DNA of 64,000 nt from a virus: positions 32,001-96,000 of the IMG/VR virus record IMGVR_UViG_3300035684_000001. One strand, written 5' to 3'. Below are positions 25,464 to 33,600 of this stretch, one piece after another (positions within the stretch are counted from its first letter, which is position 1; each line of letters opens with the position of its first letter). Position numbers and translations under genes: made by a program. Under the pieces are notes generated by a model that saw nothing but the letters and a program-made list of their open reading frames with translations, searched no databases and was not told where the DNA came from.

Positions 25464-25778
25464 TTATTGCTCAATCATCTCTGCGGGTACAGGATAGTTG
25501 TCAATATCTGCTTGCGTTAACTCTCTTAAGCAGACGTATTTTGGGAGTTTAAACTCCCAAGTATCAGGTAGGGTTGATGGATATAGCGCGATCAAACTTC
25601 TGTCTGGAAAATAAAGAACTAAAACGATTTTTTTGATCGCTTCTTCTTCAGTTTTTGCTTTCACAATTCCATCTCTTTCTTCTGTGAAAAATCTTGGAGG
25701 ATATATTTCTAGATTTCTTTTGGATAACTCGTGAGAGAAGTGGGTATGTGTTGGGCAGTCCTGGCGTAATGTCATCAT
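25464..25778 (-). CDS. Hypothetical protein
   Basis: ATG ORF with its own upstream TGTTACAAT extended -10. Confidence 0.7.
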   Translation of the reverse strand: MMTLRQDCPTHTHFSHELSKRNLEIYPPRFFTEERDGIVKAKTEEEAIKKIVLVLYFPDRSLIALYPSTLPDTWEFKLPKYVCLRELTQADIDNYPVPAEMIEQ

Positions 25779-25924
25779 TGCTTTTGTTTGGCGTTGTTTT
25801 ACCTATACTTCATTGTAACATAAAACATACAAAAACATGAAAAAACGCACAAATTTGTGGGGTGAGTTGATTGAATTCGATCGCGCACATTGAAATTCCG
25901 CAAACCTGCTGATTTTTCAAAAGT

Positions 25925-26104
25925 CGTGCTAGTATAGCAATATTTTGCTTTTCTAGGTAGTTCGCTGTGTTTCAAGCTAATCGAGCGACTTCGATTGCAG
26001 TCTCACCAATTCAAAGGTGGGGCTGCTTTGTTTGTTTTGGTAATACGGATCAGCTGAAAACTTACAAGCAAAAAGCCCCTTAGCGTTTAACTGAGGGGCT
26101 TTTG
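25925..26104 (+). ncRNA. Putative sRNA gene, copy 2
   Basis: 25925-26041 is near-identical to 25264-25380 (offset 661), followed by a different ~25-nt segment and a related terminator. Confidence 0.6.
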
Positions 26105-26167
26105 ATGTTCGTGACTAATAGATGGTCAAAACAACTTTAACGCCGGACGAAGAATTGGTGTAATTGG

Positions 26168-26464
26168 TTACATTTCATCTTCTGGAACATAGTATTCCAA
26201 AATTCTTGGATTTGAGATTTGGTTCCCAAAATCTTGAGCCAATTCCTCTACCGACAAAGCTTGCATTTTTTTCCACAAAGCTTCATGTTCTTCTGATTCC
26301 CAATAAGGGAGCGAATGTACGTCGTTTCTTGGAACTTTTGAGCGACATACTCTTGTCGCTAAATCTAAATCAATATTTAACCGATTGTATCTTTTAACCG
26401 CTAAGGTGATGGCTTCTATTTGTTTTTTGTTAATTGCTGCGATATCAGATTTTTGAAGTTTCAT
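26168..26464 (-). CDS. Hypothetical protein
   Basis: ATG ORF, aaaaaacaATG start, upstream TGTTAAAAT. Confidence 0.7.
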   Translation of the reverse strand: MKLQKSDIAAINKKQIEAITLAVKRYNRLNIDLDLATRVCRSKVPRNDVHSLPYWESEEHEALWKKMQALSVEELAQDFGNQISNPRILEYYVPEDEM

Positions 26465-26568
26465 TGTTTTTTTGTTGTAACTTGATTTTGTGTTACTTCT
26501 ACTTGTTTATTTTAACACAAAATCAAGTTACAATTATTGCTGGAGTTAAACGCGATTGCCCGTATTGC

Positions 26569-26829
26569 TTAATTTGCTTTCTTTGTCCAATCTTTGCAAG
26601 AGTGAAGTGCATATGCAGTCCGACAATCTGCTGCCTCAAGTTCGACATTTGATATTTGGGGCGTATTGACGGGACAAACAAAGTCATCTTGCATATTTCC
26701 TGGATTTCCAGTCCAATATATACAATCACAACATCTAATTATTCCAGGATAATCAGGTTGTCTAAACTTTGTCGTTACTGGAATATGTTTTGCTTTGAGT
26801 TGTTCTTGTGTTGATGGAATGTATGTCAT
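26569..26829 (-). CDS. Small Cys-rich protein
   Basis: CCDCIYW...VCPVN...DC; upstream TGTTAAAAT. Confidence 0.7.
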   Translation of the reverse strand: MTYIPSTQEQLKAKHIPVTTKFRQPDYPGIIRCCDCIYWTGNPGNMQDDFVCPVNTPQISNVELEAADCRTAYALHSCKDWTKKAN

Positions 26830-26924
26830 TGTTTTCGTGTTGTAAATCTATAGTTAATTTTAACACAAAAAGGCTACAGATCAAACTAATTTCTCTGCAC
26901 TGTTTTACAACTCGGTTCACATAG

Positions 26925-29666
26925 TTAACGTTGATTATTTACGGAGTCAATATTACCTTGATGCGCTCGAAGGATAGCGATCGTCAGTTCAAGATTATTT
27001 CGTGTCGATTCCAGTACCTCTATTTTAGATTGCAATTCAGAGATTGTATTGGCTTGTGCAAGTAAACTCACGCTTAGAGTACGAATTATCTCAACCAAAA
27101 CATCTTGAGAATTTTCAGAAGACTTTACCGAGCGATCAACCCACAAAACCCAAGTGTCCTTGTTTAGATCCCAGCACTCAATCCGATCGCCGATCGCCCG
27201 ACAAAGTACATTTGGTTCGGTAACTTGAGTATTTGTTGGGGCAGGTGTTGGAATTGGAACGGGATTGGGATTGGGAACAGGCTCGGGGGTCGGGTTTGGA
27301 GTAGGCTCGGGAGTTAGAATTTCGTAAATCGTCAAACTGATAGCATTTGAAATCAGTCCGCTAGTATTTTGTACGGAGACAGACACAGAACCCAAGAGTG
27401 GCGGAACTTCTACTGAGAGTTGAGTAGCGCTTTGGACGATCGCCCCTACACCAAGAACATCCCCAAATTTAACTACTGTACCACTAGCGAAGTTGCTACC
27501 GTTCAAAGTAATTGTTTGACCTACGATCGCCCGTGCTGGAGAAATTGAAACAATACTAGGAGGGGCAGTCGGTGGTGTGACGGGATCGACTGCGGGCGAT
27601 CGGGGGGTGGTTCCAATTTCAAACCAATCATCATTTGAGTTTACTCTTGCTAAAATTTGCTGAGAAGAACCTGTATTTGCAAAATTTTCAACCAAAAATT
27701 CTTTATCTCCCAATCTCGAAGCTTCTATTTCACCAACACGCAAGGAAAATTCCATACCAGGTTTCCGACCAAGAGGAAGATTAGAAAGAGTGATTTTTAT
27801 AGAAGCGGTAATTGCCGCAATAACAGTCTGAATCTGAAATAAATCTTTTTTTCGCAATACAGCTCCAACGAGCGATCGATTTCCTTCCCATGCCCCAATA
27901 TTGGGAGGAATGGTTGACGTGATACCTTCAATAACTATACCTGCTTGCTCAAGTAGAGATCCTTGTTCCAAAGAATAATCAGAATTGAATTTGGAATCTT
28001 GCACTGCAATATTGTCTGGCAAACTAATTTCTTTGAACGCATTTTGGCGACATTCTATGTCAGGATGTAGACGAGTGCCTTGACCAAATTTAATTGCATA
28101 ATTGTTGATATACTTACACCCGGGATACCTATTTCGCATCCACCAACCAATAGAAGCGTCAAAAGTATTATTAAAAAATGAAATATTTTGAAGGTTTCCA
28201 CAAATATTTAACCCAAGAGAAGTTACTCTGGTAATTATATTGTGATGAAAAACAATCTGAGCTGTAGTGTCTTCAAAATAAATTCCACCAGTTCCATAGA
28301 ATTCTTTAGAGTTGTCACCCAATCCTAGACCATCATGCAAATAGTTATTAAAAACTTCCGCTGAAGTTCCTACTGCTGTTCTGGCAACAAGTAAAAGCCC
28401 TCCATCGGTAAAAGTTAAACCTCCATATCCAATGTCGTTGTTGTATACTTTTAGTCCAGTTATATCATTACTTAGTTTTAAGTTTCCATACGGACAATAC
28501 CATACGGTATTTTGTGAAAAACGAGACTCCGCCCCACCAAAATTTACATTTTCAGCATTAATTATTGTGCAATTTTCAACAATTGTACTCTCGTTCCCTG
28601 CTGGAAACAGAAAAGGTCCCATTGAATCTGTAAAGTCACAATCGGAAATCCTTAACCCACTTTTGTTATTGTACAAAGCTGGGTTAATCCATCCCCATGT
28701 GGTTGCATAAAAAATACGATGTGAGTACCACTTAAAAGTGCAATTTTCAAAAACCATACCGGAAGCATTAGTGATATTTGCGCTAGCCCCAATAAAATTT
28801 AAATTTTTAAGCTGGTAATAATTTCTAGACCAAAAATCAATTAATTTTTGTGTTTGCTTTGCTTCTACGATTGAATTAATAGGATTGCTACTATCTGGTA
28901 GCCAAGCGTAAATCGTATTAGAATTAGGTTCTCGCCACCAACTACCTGGGTAAGAAAGAAATTGTTGATGACCAAACAAAAAATAAAGACTGCGATCGTC
29001 AGGCTTGTAAAAAGATTCGTTACCAGGAGACTTAGCCATAAACGTTAGCTTGTCGCCATCATTTGCAATTACTTTCCCGGACAGGAGACTCCATCTAGCT
29101 CCAAGTAAAATAGTGATGTAACTACCTACCAAAGAGTTAGGCGAAAAAATGAGTAATTTGCTATCTGTGATCTCTGCTGTTACATCAGCATTTTTTACGC
29201 TTGGATCGGAGATCCATTCACCGTTATCTACGGTTGCCCATCCATTACAAGATTGTGGATATTCGTCAATCTTGGCTGGAGGCCAGCGGGCCTCGTTTAA
29301 AACAGTACCGTTACAAACAAGAAAATCTTCACCTGCGATAGCTGAAGATTCTCCACACAAAGTAAAAGGCATAGGAGCGCGGTAAATAGCCCGATCGCCA
29401 GTCACGTCGAAAGGCTCCCAGCCCAATAATTGCGTAAAAGCTGAAATATTTACGGTTTCCCCCGGATACGCTTCAATCACAATCGGATTGCTAGCTGTCG
29501 CCCTTCCTTCCGGGAACCAACCCCCTCTGTTCTTGTAGGTTCCGCCGCGCAGGATAACCCGATCGCCCGCAACCGCTTTATTTAAACCCTTGTCAAGAGT
29601 TTTAAGGGGACTGGCGATCGTCCCTAAGTTAGAATCGATTCCGTCTGGCGAGATATAGTAATCCAT
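26925..29666 (-). CDS. Right-handed beta-helix (pectin-lyase-like/DUF1565-type) protein with IPT/TIG domain, Pro-Thr linker and C-terminal coiled coil
   Basis: YYISPDG.DSN.GT..SPLKTL..G......GD.VILRGGTY; Asn-rich beta-helix repeats; PSIVSISPARAIVGQTITLNGSNF; PEPTPNPTPEP. Confidence 0.85.
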   Translation of the reverse strand: MDYYISPDGIDSNLGTIASPLKTLDKGLNKAVAGDRVILRGGTYKNRGGWFPEGRATASNPIVIEAYPGETVNISAFTQLLGWEPFDVTGDRAIYRAPMPFTLCGESSAIAGEDFLVCNGTVLNEARWPPAKIDEYPQSCNGWATVDNGEWISDPSVKNADVTAEITDSKLLIFSPNSLVGSYITILLGARWSLLSGKVIANDGDKLTFMAKSPGNESFYKPDDRSLYFLFGHQQFLSYPGSWWREPNSNTIYAWLPDSSNPINSIVEAKQTQKLIDFWSRNYYQLKNLNFIGASANITNASGMVFENCTFKWYSHRIFYATTWGWINPALYNNKSGLRISDCDFTDSMGPFLFPAGNESTIVENCTIINAENVNFGGAESRFSQNTVWYCPYGNLKLSNDITGLKVYNNDIGYGGLTFTDGGLLLVARTAVGTSAEVFNNYLHDGLGLGDNSKEFYGTGGIYFEDTTAQIVFHHNIITRVTSLGLNICGNLQNISFFNNTFDASIGWWMRNRYPGCKYINNYAIKFGQGTRLHPDIECRQNAFKEISLPDNIAVQDSKFNSDYSLEQGSLLEQAGIVIEGITSTIPPNIGAWEGNRSLVGAVLRKKDLFQIQTVIAAITASIKITLSNLPLGRKPGMEFSLRVGEIEASRLGDKEFLVENFANTGSSQQILARVNSNDDWFEIGTTPRSPAVDPVTPPTAPPSIVSISPARAIVGQTITLNGSNFASGTVVKFGDVLGVGAIVQSATQLSVEVPPLLGSVSVSVQNTSGLISNAISLTIYEILTPEPTPNPTPEPVPNPNPVPIPTPAPTNTQVTEPNVLCRAIGDRIECWDLNKDTWVLWVDRSVKSSENSQDVLVEIIRTLSVSLLAQANTISELQSKIEVLESTRNNLELTIAILRAHQGNIDSVNNQR

Positions 29667-29718
29667 GATTAATACCGTAGCAAAGCTATTTTGCTCTTAA
29701 TATTATCACACTTTGCCG

Positions 29719-29769
29719 AATACACAAAAAAAGCCCTTCAGTAGTTAGCTGAGGGGCTTTTTGTGTATT
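29719..29769. terminator. Bidirectional terminator, same family as 22281/25407/26070
   Basis: aatacacaaaaaaagcccttcag...ctgaggggctttttgtgtatt. Confidence 0.75.
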
Positions 29770-29795
29770 AGAGTGTTGGTGTCACTATTTAAGTT

Positions 29796-30431
29796 TTAGG
29801 CTGGTCCGTACTTGTCATGCCAACTGTCTCCTAATGAAGAGAAGTTATCGTTAGAACAACCTGTTTTAAAAGTTCCATTGCTGTGACAGGGCGATCGATC
29901 CTCGTAGATAAAAGAAGTAACTTCCACATACTGCGGAGTTACTTTGTAATGTTCTGCTTCGTAGTATTTGACCAGAAAATAGAAGTTTCCTAGTTCGTTG
30001 TCAAACCAGTTTACAATTTCTTGAGGTTTGCTTTCTCCGCGATCGAAAAAAACATAATCTGCTTCAAATTTTCCATTAGTATCGATTTCTGGATAATTAA
30101 TGGAAAAGTTTTTATTTGCTACTTGTTGAATTGCTTTCTCGCAGGTATGCCCAGAATATTGTTCGTCCCAATCTGGAAAACGAATTATTATTTTTTCGTC
30201 TCTTATTTTTACCATCCAAAAATTGTAACCATCTTTCATGGGTTTGTCTAAAGTTATACTATCTTTATCTATCCTACGTTGATTTTCTGCTTTTATCCAT
30301 TTTTTCTTTTTTTCTTCGTATCGATAAAGAATTTTGGTCTTATGCGTTGGAAACAAGTCGTACTCTTTTTGATAATTGCTAATCTTTTCCCAAAAAGGAT
30401 TTAGAAAACGTTGAGGATTAGGTTTTTTCAT
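29796..30431 (-). CDS. Hypothetical protein
   Basis: 211-aa ATG ORF. Confidence 0.75.
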   Translation of the reverse strand: MKKPNPQRFLNPFWEKISNYQKEYDLFPTHKTKILYRYEEKKKKWIKAENQRRIDKDSITLDKPMKDGYNFWMVKIRDEKIIIRFPDWDEQYSGHTCEKAIQQVANKNFSINYPEIDTNGKFEADYVFFDRGESKPQEIVNWFDNELGNFYFLVKYYEAEHYKVTPQYVEVTSFIYEDRSPCHSNGTFKTGCSNDNFSSLGDSWHDKYGPA

Positions 30432-30513
30432 GATGTTATGCTTGCGTTTGTTACTTTATTGTAACGCAAAAGAGTGACGCAGATCGGTATTAATCTGCGC
30501 CACTCTTAATTAA

Positions 30514-30675
30514 TTAGTCGCCAAAGAAGTCGCTATCATCGTCGAAATCATTGAGACTGGTACTAACAGGTTCTTCGGCGTCATCATCGAAAAAGTCACT
30601 GTCATCGTCAAAATCATTGCTAAAATCTTCGTCGTCATCGTCGTCGAAGAAATCGCTATCGTCATCAAAATCCTT
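30514..30675 (-). repeat. Three DFDDDSDFF peptide repeats at the helicase C-terminus
   Basis: Visible in the translation; degenerate at the DNA level. Confidence 0.85.
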
Positions 30676-33600
30676 GAATGTACAAAGATTTATTTCGTCA
30701 TTTGTGTCTTCACGATCGCCCGCAAAGACTTCTACATCTATTGAAGCCAACTTTGGAAGTACAGCTTCACAGGAAGACATAACCCGATCCACCCAGTTGG
30801 GCAATTGCTCTAGAAGTAGTTTTAATTCTTCTATCGTGTCACTGTCTACTCCCTCATAAGTGCAGGGAGAGTCGGTCTGCCAAAACTCATAAGTCTCAGT
30901 AGGTTCTGATTCTTTAGGCTCTGGTTCTTTTTGTGACTCTGCTGGAGAGTCTTGTTCTTGGGGAACTTCTTGAGGATTTAATTGCTCTTCGAGTTCCACT
31001 TGCTCATCTAAGAGTTGCTTTAGTTCTTCGGCTCCTACGAAAGGAGTCGATAGTGCATCCCCCAAAGATTTATAGTTGGCGCGAGCCAGTCTTAACTCCT
31101 CCGTGGATGAGTCGATTTCTTTTTGAATCACATTGCAAATACTCTCAATGTTTAAAGATTCTACAATCTTCGTTCTGTTACTTGAGGGAAGAATGTAGCT
31201 TCCTTTTCCGCCCAGAATTAAATTTATCGAGAGGGTTCGCGGACTTAGTTCTGCGCGTAGTTGGTAATCAGCAAACTTGCCGATAACAGGATTGAATTTG
31301 TTGACCGCCGCAGGATTGTCTTTAATATTTCGCAGGTTATTTAGTTTTTCTGCGATTATCTTGCCAATTTCCTCGGCATTTTTCTTATTGTTATCGATTT
31401 CTTGACCCACCAAGAACAATTTCGGTTCGGCAGTTTTGACTTGTGCCAAATCTGCCTGCATCTTTTCGATCGAATCGCATAGAAAATCTATCCTTTTTAC
31501 GGACCTATCTAAGGCTACAGTGTTTTGATAGCGTTGCTGCTCGTATCCTCTTTGCTGAATCAGCAAAGAATTTACGAGGCGATCAACATCTATTTTGCGC
31601 TTGATGCATTCGTCACCGCTGGCGATCGCCATCATCGTTGCAGCAGAAGCTACAAACGGGTCGATGTCGTCGCTGGCGTTACCGGGAGCTTCTCCCGACA
31701 TCAAGAATTGGAACGATTCTAATTTCTGAAGGATTACCCCCCAGATGTAGGAATCGAAACCGGGTTTACCTTCCACGCCTTGAGTAGCGTAGCGGAAAAT
31801 AAACACGTTGTCGAACAAGTTACCTTGACGCACGATGCGCCCAGATCGCTGTTCGATATCTGAAGGCCTCCAAGGACAATCCATGTCGTGAACGGCCAGC
31901 AGTCGAGATTGGATGTTGACTCCGGTTCCCAGTTTTTGAGTCGAACCCAAAATAACTCGGATTTCACCGGAATTAACTTTTCCCATCATTTTTTTACGAG
32001 CGCTATCAGTTTTAGCGTCGTGGATAAAGGCTATTTCTTTGGCAGGAATGCCCAGCGCAATTAAAATATCGCGCAGGGAAGTGTACGCTTCAAAGATTTT
32101 GCCGTCTTTGGGTGTTGAGAAATCGCAAAAAATAGCTTGTGTTGCTTTTGCTGCGGTTCCCATTTTCCAAATACGGTATACGTTGAGGGCGCAAGTATTT
32201 ATTTTGTTAAAAATAAAGTCCTTGCCATCCTTCCACCGCAGCCGGATGTCGATACCGAAGGCGGCGCGGGCATCCGTGTAAACCTTTAGAGCATTGTCCT
32301 CGTCAGGTGTTACTAACCTCTTCTGAATGTAATGCAGTCGTTCAATCAGGTAGTTCATGTAAGCTGCCTGTTCGGTCGATGCCGGACATTCAACAGGGAT
32401 TATTTCGTGGTTGGGCGCTGGTAGAGCCAGCATTTTGGCTGATTGTACATCTACGAACGATCGCCACAGCGACATGAATACTTGTAAATTCACGATACCG
32501 CTGCACCGAGTTCGAGTTTTGTACCCAGTAGGAGTCTGTTCGGCGCTCGTCGTCAGATTGAAGAAAGTTGACAAACACGAATCGAAGGATTCAATGCCTG
32601 CTTTCTTCAGCATGGACGGCGCTAGATAGCGCATCATTGTCCAAGACTCGACCAGCGTGTTCGATACTGGTGTTCCTGTGGCAAAGACGACTTTCTTTTT
32701 CGTAGATAGCATCCACTGAACTTTCATATAGCAGTCAAAACTGCGAGACGTAAGTGTCCCGCCGTTCTTTCTGCTGTAGAAAGACGTGTTTGGTAGACCT
32801 GCTACGTTGGTTTGCCTCGTGTGATAAGGCAAGTTCTTAAAGGCGTGAGCTTCATCTATAAATAAAGCGTCAATCCCAGTTTGTTCGAGGTAGATTACCC
32901 CGTCTCCGTTTTGGTTGGCTGCTTCAATAGCTGCTGCAATCTTGGATTCGATCCTTTCTTTTGCTTTTGCAACTTGTTTGATCGATTTTTTGTCGCCACT
33001 TTCTATTGTTTCTAGTAAAAATTGATTGGCTATTTCTAGCTCTCTTTCTAGAAAAACAAGAGTTGATTCTGGCGACAGAGATATACCTGTCTTGAATTGA
33101 GTATGCGTGATTATCACGCAATCCCAATCTCCCATAGCTATTTCCGTACAAAACCGTTTGCGGTTGTCCGGCGACAGCGATTCTTGGGTTGACACTTTCA
33201 ATTTGGCAAATGGATACAACCGTCGAAACTCTGCTTCTATTCCTGAAATCGTAGAATTAAGAACCACGATCATGGGTTTATTTGCGAGTCCTAATCGACG
33301 TAACTCCATAGCGCTGGCGACCATTGCGGCGGTTTTGCCTGCTCCGACGGAGTGACTGTATAAAACAGATTCTTCTTGGAGCGTTCGCCAGATGGCGTTT
33401 TTCTGGTGCGATCGCCAGATAAAATCTGGATTAGCATCAGCGAGTGTTAATACTTCGCCTCGGTATTTGCGATCTACAAAGCAGTTAAACTGCTCGTTAT
33501 AGAGTCGCGTAATATGTTCGGCGCGATCAACATCGAGGTAAAGCCATTCTGCAAATTTTTGTTTGATTTCTTGCATTTTGGCTCTGGCATTTTCCGTTTC

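Noticed and set aside
25264-26104. CRISPR array or small-peptide genes in the twin repeats
   Set aside because: Only two ~117-bp units with promoters and terminators, and no cas genes. The possible GTG-started peptides (38-41 aa, or 8 aa) differ non-synonymously or are too short to support.
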